Positions 25,640-38,746 are shown, numbered from the stretch's first letter. The stretch is 64,000 bases of DNA from Chiloscyllium plagiosum (GCF_004010195.1 NC_057720.1:9279164-9343163), one strand, 5' to 3'. Made by a program: numbers and translations. Notes: a model not told the origin generated them from the sequence alone.

Positions 25640-28600
25640 ATGATATCACAACAGGAAACAAGGTTTGTGCAGGATTTCCAGGTACCAGCAGGACAGTGGG
25701 TTAACCACTGAAAACAATGGCTAGTCAGCTAGTTTCCCAACACCATATTTGAAAGGCAGCAGTCAGTGAGATTTTATTGAGTGCCTTGGTAAATCTGACA
25801 CTGTGATTTTCCAGTTGTTCTCGGTGTTATTTTGAGACGACGGAGACAGATCACACAGCAGGAGATGGTCACCTAGTAACTCAACAAGAAGCTCCAGGCA
25901 GCTTTCCTGGTGAAGATGCTGACAAAGACTATCCCATTGATGAATTCCATCCTCCCCGACCAGTCATGACCTAACTGCTTTCTCATTGTTTCAACTACAT
26001 TTTCTTTTTAAAAAGAAAAGGTTGAGAGGGCAACTTCACATTGGATTAACCTTGTGGTTACTTCCTCTTTACTCTGTCTGGCTGAAGTTAGGCAATCCTC
26101 CAGTTGTGAAAGCCTTCGTGCTGCTCCTAGTTCAACCTGTCTCCATCCCAGTTAGGGAAGACTTTTTTCATTCATTTACAGGACGTGGATATGGCTAGTA
26201 TTTATTGCCCATCCCTAACTGCCAAGTGGTCACTTGAGAGTCAACCACATTCCTGTGGTTCTGGAGTCTTACGTAGGCCAGCAGTTTCCTTTCCTAAAGT
26301 AATCCAGATGGTTTTTTTCCTGACAATCAACAACCCTACTTAATTGTTGGTTTCTTTTGAATTCAAATTCCACCTTCTGTCATGGTGGGATTTGAACCCA
26401 GGCCTACAGAGCATTACCTGGGTCGCTGGATTAATACTCTAGTGATAATACCACTAGGCCATCATTTGCCCATGTGCAGGTCAACATTTCAACAAATGCC
26501 TGGATCAATTCAATTTAATTCAATTCACCCCAGGAATAGGTTTGAACATAAAAATGGATCTTGCTCCTGTTTCTCACGCTTAAAGTAAAAAACAGTCAGC
26601 CCATCGTACCTGAGCTATGGATTGGTTTTATAGGATGAAACTATTCTGTTTAGCTTACTTGTCATTGTTTTTTTCACAGAGACTCACTGTTATTGATCTT
26701 AAGCTGATGAGTGAAATATGAAATTAGACATGTATTTGATAATGGGATTTTTCGCAAAATGCCGCATTACACAGGTCTGATTCCTACTTTACAACCCAGT
26801 ATCTCTCTAATTGTTAAATTTAACACTGAACCCAAAATGTTGGCATTGCTTTCCCTCAGCAGATGCTGTGTTTCTCCAGCAATTGCTGTTTTTTTTTGTT
26901 TCAAATTTCCAGCATCCGCAGTTCTTGGTTTTATTTTGATGCTTAATTTAACAATGTCATCAACCTGTGCATTTTTCCAATGGTTGAAATTATCCCAGGC
27001 ACTGAACAACATAAGCATGAATAAGAAAATTGGGAGAATCAAGTGAGATTTGTGGTTAGACCTTCCCATTGTCAAGAGCAAAATGCATCATTACCCAGTC
27101 AAGTGCTGAATGTCAAGATGTCAAGTCTTGCTTCTGAGTGGTGAGGGACTGATTTGGTATATTTGAACTTACATTTACATTTACTTTGTGATTTTATCTT
27201 GTCTCATTGAGATGTAATTGCCTGTATTCCAAGCTGCTGAATACAAGCTAAGCAGAGACAATCCCTGAATTGAAAGTCAGAGCAGATACCCAGTGATTCC
27301 AACTCACTGCTTGGAATGGATATGCAAGGAATGGAGGGATATGGACCAAGAGCAGGCAGAAGGGATTAGTTCAATTTGGTGTCAGGCATGGTACAACATC
27401 GTGGGGCGAAGGGCCTGTTCCAGTGCTGTACTGTTCTATGTTCTATGAGTCACACCCAGTGACTCCAACACTGGATCTCTGTCAGTCACCAACATCTCAA
27501 GCTTTGCTCCATACATAGCGACCGCACACTGTTATGTCTCATTGGGAGTAACGCATTGGAAATCATTTCCTGCTCTTCCTGTATTTGTCACAAAATTTAA
27601 AGACTTTTAAAAATATGCAGAATTATCCAAATTGTTTGCTTTTTCAGACCCAGGTTAACAGAAAATAAGGATCAGATTTCTGTTGTTACCAAAAATACTG
27701 TTTCGTACAAGTAATTAGATTACATGATTCATTGGCATGTTTTTATTTGAATTAAAGTTCTAATCCCTATAAACACACACACACACACTCTCTGGGTGTT
27801 ATGGATGGAAGGAAAACTGGGAAAGCAGTTCAGTGAACTTCTTGAAGCATAGAACATAGAATAGTACAGCACAGGTACAGGCCTATTGGCCTATGATGTT
27901 ATGCCATGCATGACACCAAATTAAATTAATCCCTTCTGCCTGCCCTTGGTCCATATCCCTCCATTCCTTGCATGTTCATGTGCTCATCTAAAGGTCTCTG
28001 AAATGCCCCGATTGTATCTGTCTCCACCACCATCCCTGGCTGCATGGTCCACACTCCTACCACTCTCTGTGGAAACACCCTTACCCCCTCACATCTCTTT
28101 TGAAGTTTCCCCCTCTCACCTTAAATGTATGCCCCTACTATTAGACATTTCAACTCTGAGAAAAAGATTCTGACCATCCCCTAATTTTATAGACTTCTAT
28201 CATGTCTCCCCTCAGCCTCCACCACTCCAGAGAAAATGACCTGAGTTTTTCTCGCCTCTCCTTACAGCTCATGCCTTCTCATCCAGGCATCATCCTGGTA
28301 AACCTCTTCTGCACCCTCTCCAAAACCTCTACATTAAGGGGTACGGGGAGAATGCGGGTAAGTGGAGTTGAAATGCCCATCACATGATTGAATGGCGGAG
28401 TGGACTCGATGGGCCGAATGGCCTTACTTCCACTCCTATGACTTATGGTCTTAAGGTCTTATCCATCCTGTAATGCAGCAACCAGAATGGAAGACAATAC
28501 CCTAAATGTGGCCGAACCAAAGTCTTATAAAGCTGCAACATGGCATCCTGACTCGTTTACTCAATTCCCCAAAATATAAAGGCAAGCATGCCATACGCCT

Positions 28601-29210
28601 TCTTTACCAACCCATCTTTTTGTGTGGCCACTTTCAGGGAGGTATGAATTTGAGCCCAAGATATATTGATATTGATGCTGTTCAGAGTCCTGCATTAACT
28701 GTATATTCTTCATTAACATTTGATCTCCCAAAGTGCAGCACCTCACACACACCAGCGTTAATCACTATCTTCCATTTCTCTGCCCATGTCTGCAACTGAC
28801 CTGTATCCCACTGTATCCCTTGACAACCTACTACACTATCCACAACTCCATCGATGTTTGCACCGCCTGTATTATAAGGTGGAGGTTGACCCCGCTCTGA
28901 GAATTAAAATTGAAACACCCGAAGAGAAGTGCCTTGCCCTATAATCTGTAAAAGGAGTGTAAAAAGTGGTGTAACCTGTGGTTAAATAAAATAAATCCCT
29001 GACAACCCTCACTTTAAAATCAACAAGTAACAATTTATTCAAATAACATTGAACAAATTAACTAAACAATTAGCAATCCAAATAAATCCCTTCTAATTCC
29101 TGACTTCTCCCAAATAGAGCAACATTTTAATGGTATGCTCTTCAAATAGATACAAGTCCCATTCCAAAAAGCAAAATAGAATTTAGTCTCTTGAAATTAT
29201 AGCCAGGTTA

Positions 29211-30178
29211 CATAGAGCATACAATGTAGAACAGTTCAGTACAGAACAGGCCCATCAGTTCTCGATGTTGTGCCAACTTTTATCCCACTCTAAGATCAGA
29301 CTAACCTACATACCCTACATTGTATTATTTTCCATGTGCCTCTCCAAAAATCACTTAAATGTCCCTAATGTATCTGACTCTACTACCACCGCTGGCAGTG
29401 CATTCCACGCACTCACCATTCTCTGTGTAAAGAAACTACCTCTGACATCTCCCCAAACCTTCCTCCAATGACCTTAAAATTATGCCCCCTCATGATACCA
29501 TTTCTGCCCTGGGAAAAAGTCTCTGGCTATCCACTCTATATATGCTTCTCAACATCTTGTACACCTCTATCAATTCATCTCTCATCCTTCTTTGTTCTCA
29601 TGAAAAATATCTAGCTCCCTCAACCATTCTTCATAAGACATGCCCTCCAGTCCAGGCAGTATCCTGGCAAATCTCCTCTGCACCCTCTCTAAAACTTCCA
29701 CATCCTGCCTATAATGAGGTGACCAGAAAAATACTCCAAGTGTGGTCTAATCATGGCTATATAGAGCTGCAGCATAATCCCGTGGCTCTTAAACTCAATT
29801 TCCCTGCTAACGAAAGTAACATACCATATGCCTTCTTGACAACCCTATCATCTTGTGTGGCAACTTTGAGGGATCTATGAACTTGGACCCCCAAAGTCCC
29901 TCTGTTCCTCCACACTGCCAAGAATCCTTTCTTTAACCTTGTATGCTACATTCAAATTTGAACTTCTAAAGTGGATCACTTCACACTTTTCCAGGTTGAA
30001 CCCCATCTGCCACCTAACAGCTCAGTTCTGCATCCTATCAATGTCCCATTGCAGCCTACAGCAGCCCTCCAGACTACCCACCACTCTACCAACCTTCATA
30101 TCATCGGCAAACTTACTAACCCACACTTACACTTCCTGATCCAAGTCAAAAAGAGCAGAGGTCCCAAAACTAATCCCT
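29211..30178 (-). mobile_element. CR1 LINE 3' fragment
   Basis: Minus-strand KFADD...KCEVIHF through to the tail. Confidence 0.9.
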
Positions 30179-30444
30179 GTTATGTCTTCTGAAATATTCT
30201 GTGTCTCCACCAACACTTTGTCTCTCAGGAACATCTTCTCCATTGACTTCTTTTGGCAGGATCATCTTCTCTGTCATTGTACTGATGTTATTGAGATGGT
30301 GATTTCTCTAAGACATAAATAACGGTGAGAGCCAATGATTCCCTCTCGAGAGCTGAGGGCCATTAGTTCTGGTAGTTGGTAGTCAGCTCTGGGGTCTCTG
30401 TTCAACTGCCTCCTTCGTTTATACCTCTAATGTTGGTAAAGTAT

Positions 30445-31738
30445 TGTGGGTAAAGTGTTGGCAAGGGTTATAAGAGATAGAATTTATAATCATCAAGAAA
30501 GGAATAAGTTGATTAGGGATAGTCAACTCGGTTTTGTGAAAGGTAGGTTGTGCCTCACAAACCTTATTGAGTTCTTTGTGAAGGTGACCAGACAGGTGGA
30601 TGAGGGTAAAGCAGTTGATGTGGTGTATATGGATTTCAGTAAGGTGTTCAGTAACGTTCTCCACAGTAGACTACTGCACAAAATACGGAGACATGGAATT
30701 GAGGGAGATTTAGTGGTTTGGATCAGAAATTGGATAGCTGAAAGAAGACAGAGGATGATGGTTGATGGGAAATGTTCATCCTGGAGTTCAGTTACAAGTG
30801 GGGTACTGCAAGGATCTGTTTTGGGTCCACTGTTGGTTTGTCATTTTTATAAATGACCTGGATGAGGGCATAGAAGGATGGTTAGTAAATTTGCAGATGA
30901 CACTAAAGTTGGTAGTGTTGTGATAGTGACAAAGAATGTTGCAATTTACAGACAGACACAGATAAGCTGCAGAGCTGGGCTAAGAGGTGGCAAATGGAGC
31001 TTAATGTGGAAAAGTGTGAGGTGATTCACTTTGGAAGGAGTAACAGGAACAAAGGGTACTGGGCTAATGGTAGGATTCTTGTTAGTGTAGATGAGCTGAG
31101 AGATCTCGGTGTCCAGGTACATAGATCCTTGAAAATTGCCACCCAGGTTGATAGGGCTGTTAAGTGTGTTAGCTTTTATTGGTAGAGGGATTGAGTTTCA
31201 GAACCATGAGATGATGCTGCAGCTGTACAAAACTCTGGTGCAGCCACATTTGGAGTATTGCATACAGTTCTGGTCACTGCATTATAGGAAGGATGTGGAA
31301 GCTTTCGGAAGGGTTCATTGGAGATTTACCAGGATGTTCCCTGGCATAGAGGGAAGGTCTTACAAGGAAAGGCTGAGGGATCTGAGGCTGTTTTCATTAG
31401 AGAAGAAGGTTGAGAGGTGACTTAATTGAAACATACAAGGTAATCAGAGGGTTAGATAGGTTGGACAGTGAGAGCCTTTTTCCTCAGATGGTGATGGCTA
31501 GCATGAAGGGACATAGCTTTAAATTGAGGGGTGATAGATATAGGACACATATCAGAGATAGGAGGGGCATGGAACACACTGCTTGCTGGACTTGCCGACT
31601 TTAAGGGCATTTAAATGGTCATTGGATAGGCATATAGACGAGACTAGAGTAGTGTAGGTCAGGTGGGCTTCAGATTGGTTCCCCTTGGCAATATCGAGGG
31701 CCGAAGGGCCTGTACTGCACTGTAATGTTCCATGATCT
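30445..31738 (+). mobile_element. CR1 LINE RT to 3' tail
   Basis: CLTNLIEFF, YMDFSK, QGSVLGPLL and LYKTLVQPHLEYCIQFWS motifs. Confidence 0.93.
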
Positions 31739-32515
31739 TTGATGACATAACAACATTTCTTACGTAGAATTGGTCCTATGTTGTCAAAAACATCAGGTGT
31801 AAATTGAATATGTTTTAGATATCTAAGCATCTGGTTCAAATTGATTGGTTAATGCAAACTGTATAGCCTTTTGATACAAGTGTTTCAGTTCAGATGCTCT
31901 CTGTGCACTTTCCAGCTGCTGCTGCTCACAGACATTTTAAATCTCTAAGCCCGGAAAATACACCACCTTTTAAAGAAACCATGCAATGCTTCCCGTGACC
32001 CCTAGCATTTTACAATTTTACAATTTTACAAAAACCATATTCTAACTTCCTGACTCCTAGTTTACAATTACTCTACCCAACTTCGCAACAGTCTGCCAAC
32101 TTACTAACCCACCCAATTACATTTTCATCTAAGACATCACAAACAATAGAGGTCTCAGTACGGATCCCTACAGAACACCACTAGTCGCAGACCTCCAGCT
32201 TGAAAAACACCTTGCTACCATTACCCTCTGTTTTATATGGGCAAACCAAATCTGAATCCATTCAGCCTAGTCACCATGGATCCCATGCTGACCTACACTA
32301 CTCTAGTCTCGTCTATATGCCTATCCAATGACCATTTAAATTAATATTCTAGAGGAGCCTACCATGAGGGATCTTGGTCGAAAGCCTGACTAAAATCCAT
32401 GGAGACAACATTCACTGCTCTACCCTCATTGATCACCTTTGTCACTTTCTTGAAACATTTCAATCGAATTAGTCAGACATGACCTGCCTTGTACAAAACT
32501 ATGCTGACTGCCCCA

Positions 32516-32833
32516 AGGATGCCTACCTTGAAGAAGTTCTCCTCTTCTCTCCACAAGAATCTCAGTGAGTCTCTCTCTCACTGCAACCCCCAGGTCATCT
32601 TCTCTGCCCTGAAGCTCTTCAACCATGTACGCCACCTTGCAGAGCGCTTCAGGGAACATCTCCGGGACACCTGCACAACCACAGGGCATCAATGTGGACT
32701 TCACCAGTTTCCTCATTTCCCCTCCCCCACCTTATCTCAGTTCCAACCTTCCAGCTCAGCACTGTCCTCATGTCCTGCTCCTCGGATGCTGCCTGACCTG
32801 CTGTGCTTTTCCAGCACCACTCTGATCTAGACT
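32516..32833 (+). mobile_element. Deleted Penelope-like fragment inside CR1
   Basis: RHLAERFREHLRDT and pLTR end; ctgcccc on both sides. Confidence 0.8.
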
Positions 32834-33264
32834 CTGCCCCTAATTAGGCCATGCTTTTCCAAATGTGCGTAAATCCTTTCATTAATAATTCTGTCCAATC
32901 GCTTCCGAACCACCAATGTAGACTCACCACTCTATAATTCCCTGGATTAACCGTATTTCACTTTTTGAACAGAGGAACAACATTAGCTGCTCACCAGTCC
33001 TCTAGTAGCTAGCGAGGATACAAAGATCTTGGCCAAGATCCAGGAATATTCTGTCTTGCCTCTCTCAGTAAACTGGGATAGACACCATCGGGTCTGATTT
33101 CTGCCTGATAAAGAAGGCCTTTATCATGAAAAACTGGCACCTAGTCTATAGACCAATCAGCCACTGAACCAACACAAACTCCACTTGTACACAAAACCTT
33201 TTCGACGCCAGTTTGTCTGCAACCACACTTCATCCAGCAGCTTTGCAAGCACTGTTTACGATCG

Positions 33265-33529
33265 GTGGGAGGTCATTTTGCAGGTGTAAAGGTCATTGGT
33301 TAGTGTAGGTCATGTTGCGGGTGTACAGGGCATTGGTTAGTGTGAGGTCATGTTGCAGATGCACAGAACACTGGTTAGTGGGAGGTCAAGCTGCGGGTGT
33401 ACAAGCCATTGGTTCGTGGGAGATCATGATGCGGGTGTAGAGGAAATTGGTTCGTAGGAGATCATGTTGCGGGTGTAGAGGAAATTGGTTCGTGGGAGAT
33501 CATGTTGCGGGTGTAGAGGACATTGGTTC
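33265..33529 (+). repeat. 38-bp minisatellite (7 copies) at the 5' end of a CR1 fragment that runs to ~33840
   Basis: Unit gtgggagatcatgttgcgggtgtagaggacattggttc, derived from the CR1 WEVMLRLYRTLV codons. Confidence 0.9.
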
Positions 33530-33847
33530 GGCAACTTTTGGAATATTGCATACAATTCTAGTCTCCTTCCTACTGACAGGATGTTGTGCAACTGGAGAGT
33601 TCAAAAAAGATTTATAAGGATGTTGCCAGGGTTGGATGATTTGAACTATAGAGAGAGGCTGAATAAGCTGTGGCTGTTTTCCCTGGAGCGTTATAGAGGT
33701 TTATAAGAGGCATGGATAGGGTAAATAGACAAAGTCTTTTCTCTGGGGTAGGGGAGTTCGGAACTAGAGGACAGAGGTCCGGGGTGTGAGGGGAAAGATT
33801 TATAAGGGATCTAAGGGGCAACATTTTCACACTAAGGGTGTCTCCAT

Positions 33848-34132
33848 TGAATCCCTACAGTGTGGAAACAGGGCCTTTGTTCCAACACACCCACACTGAC
33901 GCAGACCCATTCCCCTACATTTACTATTTCACCTAACACTACGGGCAATTTAGCATGGCCAATTCACCTAACCTGCACATTTTTGGATTGTGGGAGGAAA
34001 CCGGAGCACCCGGAGGAAACCCACGCAGACACGGGGAGAACGTGCAAACTCCACACAGTCAGTCGCCTGAGGCAGGAATTGAACCCGGATCTCTAGTGCT
34101 GTAAGGCAGCAGTGCTAACCACTGTGCCGCCC
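33848..34132 (-). mobile_element. HE1-type SINE
   Basis: Full tRNA head and V-domain on the minus strand. Confidence 0.92.
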
Positions 34133-34789
34133 TCCCACACACAGTAGCCGTGGGAATTGCAGAGATGTAGGTGGGTCTGGGTGAGATGCTTTGTGGAAGG
34201 TTAGTATGGGCGGAATGGCCTGCCCCCACTTTGTTGGGATTCTAGTAAAGGAACCAAAGGTTATGAAGGCAGGCACTTCAGTGGATGTGATGAACGTCAG
34301 ATCAGCCATGAACCAATTGAATGGTCGAGTAGACTTGAGGGGTTGAATGGCCTGCACTTGTTCCTGTTTCTTATGGTAAGACCAAAAACAAAAAGTGGTT
34401 AAAAGGTTATTTTTGACGAGGATCTTAGAGGACAAAAGTGGAGTCAAGAGTATGAGGTATGGAGAATGCGAATATGAGCTTCACACTTTAGCCACTGAAA
34501 ATATCATCCCCAAAGGTGGACTGGTGAATATAGGAGTCAACAAGAGAGCAGAATTTGAGGCACACTGCTCGGGAGATAGGGAAGGGCAAAGCCAAGGAGG
34601 GATTTGCAAACAAGAATGAGAATTTTGAAATAGGTGCCTTACTGAACTGGGAATTAATGTCATTCAGCAAGCACAAAAAAAGGAGTGAAGTAACAGGCCG
34701 GCAGAAATATCAGGAGAATGGTTACCCATTAAAAGGTTCTTTATATTTGGCTTCACCTCACCACAAATCAGCAAAGCATCAATTTTCTC

Positions 34790-35225
34790 TGGCGCTGTGG
34801 CTCAGTGGTTAGCACTGCTGCCTCGCAGCGCCAGGGTACCAGGTTCAATTCCAACCTTGGGCGACCGTCTGTGTGGAGTTTGCATGTTCTCCCCGTGTCT
34901 GCGTGGGTTTCCTCCAGGTGCTCCGGTTTCCTCCCACAGTCCAAAGATGTGCAAATCATGTTAATTGGCCTGGCTAAATTGCCCATAGTGTCAGGTGCAT
35001 TAGTGGAAGGGAATGGGTGGTTTACTCTTCAGAGGGTCAGTGTGGACTGGTTGGATTGATGAAGGGCTTTTGCCCGAAACGTCGATTTTGCCTGTCCTCG
35101 GATGCTGCCTGAATTGCTCCAGCACCACTGATCCAGAATCTGGTTTCCAGCATCTGCAGTCATTGTTTTTACCTGGTTGGACTGAAGGGCCTATTTCCAC
35201 ACCGTAGGGAATCTAATCTAATCTT
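34790..35225 (+). mobile_element. HE1-type SINE containing a 117-bp PLE insert (35056-35172); a partial minus-strand HE1 follows (to ~35357)
   Basis: Head, V-domain and tail present; TSD ctggttgga at 35047-35055 and 35173-35181. Confidence 0.92.
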
Positions 35226-36109
35226 TAGACTGTGGGAGGTAACCCACACAAACACAGGCAGAATGTGCAAACTCCGCACAAGTCAGTCACCTGAGACTGG
35301 AACTGAACCGATGTCCTCAGTGCTGTGATGCAGCAATGCTAACCACTGAGCCGCTATGACAGCCCTAATCAGGAAGCTCAGCCTTAAATATACTCACTGC
35401 TCCCACTGCCCTCTGTGACAAGGAGTTCCAAAGACTCACAACCCTCTCACAGGAGAAATTCCTCCTCATCTTAGTCTTAAATTTCATACCTTTTATTCTG
35501 AGTCTGTGCCCTCTGGTCCTAGACTCTCTCATGAGAGAAACATCCTTTCAGCAGTTAGCTGGTCAATCTCATTGTGCCCTCTGGTTTTAGGCTCTCTAAT
35601 CTCTGATCAGCTTTTGTAACTCAGCTTCCTTTCATAACAGTTCCATGAAGAGCTTGAGGATGTTTTATTTTTTTAAAGGCGCCTTATCAATGTGAATGTT
35701 TGTTGTTTTCAATCTAAATATTCAATTCCCCTATTGAAAGCAGCTTTCGAATTTGCCAGCATCACCCTTTCAGATAGTGTATCCCAGATGACAACAGCAT
35801 GGCTCATTAAAGATTTACTGCCCATCTCCCCCTTGGGCCTTTTGTCAATGATCTCAAATCTATGTCCTCTGGTAACCAGCCCATCCACCAGTGGAGACAG
35901 TTCCTCTTTATTCCATCAAATACTCACTTAATGTAAACATCTCTGTTAAATCTTTTTTCCATTCGAAAAGGGGCATACAAGTATCTTGAGTCACGTTTTC
36001 TATATTTCTGGCAGGGTTTCATGTTGCGATGCTGCTGCTACAGAGTAGCATCAGGGCTCCTCATTGACCATTTGTTCATGAGATCTGTAATTCCTATTAT
36101 GGAGGTGGT

Positions 36110-36960
36110 CAAAGGGCCGGGGGTGGTCAAGGGGAGGGCTGTTGAGGGGGTTCAAAGAGGAGGGGGAGTTGAATGGGAGGATCAAAGGGGAGGGGGGGGT
36201 TGAAGGAGAAGGGTTATCAAAGAGGATGGGTATTCAAAGTGGGAGTCGAAAGGGAAGCAATACAATCATTTTTTGAATGTTTTGGATGAATTCAAGCCTG
36301 AGATCTCCTTTTGCTCACTGCCCCACTCCGAATAGGTTTATGTCACCTTTCCCCCTGACTCTGCCTCAACCTGGCACCTCATTGCCTCCCTCCTGTTCAC
36401 TACCACATTGAGTCACTGCTCACTGTGAGTCAGACAGAGCAGCAAATGAGAGAGAGGCAGAGGCAGAGGCAGGACAGGAGTGAACTAGACTGAACAGGAG
36501 GGAGGAAGGTTAAAGAGGAGATGTCAAAGGGGAGGGCATCGAAGGGAGGGGTCAAAGAGGAGTGGAGGTCAAGGGCGGGGTCAAAGAGGAAGGGAAATTC
36601 AAAAAGAAGGGGGTGCATGGGGGAGGATTTGAGGGAAGCATCAGAGGGGAGGGGAGTCGAAGGGGAGGGGGCTNNNNNNNNNNNNNNNNNNNNNNNNNNN
36701 NNNNNNNNNNNNNNNNNNNNNNNNNNNNNNNNNNNNNNNNNNNNNNNNNNNNNNNNNNNNNNNNNNNNNNNNNNNNNNNNNNNNNNNNNNNNNNNNNNNN
36801 NNNNNNNNNNNNNNNNNNNNNNNNNGGGAGGATTGAAGGGGAGGGTGGTTGAAGGGGAGACTGTTTGAAGGAGAGGGTTGAGAAGGAGGACCAAAGGAGA
36901 GCAGTCAAAGGGAAGGGAAGTTTGAGGAGGTGGGGGGTCAATGGGACAAAGGTGCTGTCG
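36110..36960 (+). repeat. Purine/G-rich degenerate repeat region including an N gap (36674-36825)
   Basis: Recurring ggggtcaaagggga(g) and gggttgaagg motifs in two blocks around a ~180-bp spacer. Confidence 0.7.
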
Positions 36961-37370
36961 AATGCAGAGAGAAAGCGGTGAATGGACTGACACTGTGCAA
37001 TATGGAACTGAGCAGATTCAGTGCTGCTTCCTGTGACCAATTGCACGTTGATGATCTCAAGTGACACCAAGATCAAGTGCCAGTGTGGTGTCAGGTGATG
37101 CCCTGTACTTTGGTGCAATCCCACATGATTAACAACTTATTAATTTATTTATGTGGGTTGAGTCTTGTTTTGCTCAACTTGACTATACCACAGACTGAAA
37201 GAAGCATTTCACAGAATCACAAAATTGTTCCATGGGAGAAGGAGGCCACTTAGCCCATTGTACCCTCTTCAAACAAGCATTGTTACCTTCTACCAAATCC
37301 CTGCTTCCCCAGTACCTTTGCACACTATGTCTGGATTTCTATACCATCTTCTACTTCCTACCTCTCTCTT

Positions 37371-37605
37371 TTGGATGAGAGATTAGCCCAGGTCTCTCTG
37401 ATAAATGTAAAAGATACCATGGAAACCAGTTTGAAGAATAGTAGGGGAGTTGTCCCTGGTGTCTTGGCAAAATTTATTGCTTGACCAAAATTGCTCAAAC
37501 AGATTATCTGATCATTATCGTGTTGCTGCTGGTGAGACCTTGTGGCACACAGATTAGCTGTAAAGTGCTTTGGGATGTCCTAAGGATGTGGTAAGTACTG
37601 TATAT
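37371..37605 (+). mobile_element. Deu-domain-like SINE fragment (SacSINE/AmnSINE-related)
   Basis: ggatgag...gtaaaagataccatgg...gaagaatagtaggggagtt...cagattatctgatcattatc...aaagtgctttgggatgtcct. Related pieces at ~5160-5290 and ~63480-64000. Confidence 0.6.
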
Positions 37606-38376
37606 CTTCATTTGATATTTAATTCCAAAAGGAAATCTCTGCTGTATTTCTGCAGCTCTCCTTTTCATACATCATTCTCTTTGTTTCTCAATGATTTAGA
37701 GACCACATCCTTCTCACTGCTTCTTCCTCTCTCTTTCCCCTACTCTCACCATTAGAGAGAAGTGCCAAGTAAGTGTGATAAACACAACCACTTTGTCCAC
37801 AGCCACCGAAGAGATTGTGTGCGGTCAAGGTAACACTGCCAGCCGAGTAAGCGCGCAGTCAGAAAATCATTATATTCTCCAGAAACTATGGGCCATAGAT
37901 ATTGTCCAGTAAATGAGTAAACTGCACGTTTGATTTTGTTAGGAGCAGTGTTGGCCTGACATTGTAAAAGATGTATCTTAATTAAATCTGGCTATCATCA
38001 CTGCCTCTTGCCTGATTGTTACCAATAGACAGTATCAGGGAGCTAAGTTCTTTACTGCTGGTAAACGCTTAGAAACATTTGCTTCAATGAAAATTTAAGT
38101 TTTGCATGAGCCACTTTGCAGAAACTGAAGTACAAGTTTGAGCCAAGGGTCACTGACCCTTTGCTTTTTCCAATGCGGTTGTCTGACTTGTTTCTGGTAG
38201 TTTCCTTTTTGTCAGATATTGTGAGTCCTGTGTTTACTGATCTGTACTGGCTCCCAGTCAGGCAATTCTTTGCATTGAAATATTCTGATCCTTACCTTCA
38301 AAACTTTCTATCGTCTCACAACCCCTCTCCCTCCACTCCTCCTGCTTCTCTCTGTGATCTCCTCCAGCTCAATGTG

Positions 38377-38570
38377 TGTAATGATTGATAATGAGTATGC
38401 GTTTCCTGACTGAGGCTGTTCATCTGACTCAATTGGGGAGCCCTTGGCTGACAGAGTTTTGCTCACACTGGGAGCCAGCTCTGAGCTAGCTGGATCAGTG
38501 TCATGTACTATGCATAAGTAAATAAAGGATGACTTGGTGACAGGGTACCAGCCTTTGTGGAATTATTTCA
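38377..38570 (+). mobile_element. Solo LTR of the Gypsy family described below
   Basis: TGTAATGATTG...ggctgacag...gtaaataaaggatgacttggtga...aattatttCA. Confidence 0.8.
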
Positions 38571-38746
38571 ATAATTCTCTGAAATATCAGCACTCTTTCT
38601 GGCCTCTTGAGTAATCCTTATTTTCATCATTCTGTCCTTCCCCACATGTCTTTCACTGGGAGGTTCCTGAAGTGTGCAATTCCTTCCCTGACTGTTTCTC
38701 ACCCTCTCCCTCACATTCCTGTTTTGAGACACTCCTTAAGATCCAT

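Larger units (their letters stand above)
28868..32000. mobile_element. Probable LTR-like element, itself carrying two CR1 insertions
   Basis: Non-CR1 sequence at 28868-29205, 30181-30445 and 31741-32000, starting with TG and interrupting the host CR1. No ORF recognised. Confidence 0.4.
27848..33095 (-). mobile_element. CR1 LINE split by nested insertions (pieces 27848-28868, 32087-32515, 32835-33095)
   Basis: Tail at 27848. RT sequence stops near the FADD region at ~28868 and resumes at ~32087. Confidence 0.8.

Noticed and set aside
25815..25975. Possible terminal exon (CSRCYFETTE...PRPVMT*)
   Set aside because: It is short and unrecognised, and cannot be supported without RNA or homology data.
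33265..33529. CRISPR-like periodicity
   Set aside because: These are head-to-tail tandem units with no unique spacers, derived from CR1, in a eukaryotic context.
36430..37124. 187- and 190-aa ORFs
   Set aside because: They are low-complexity sequence read through an N gap.
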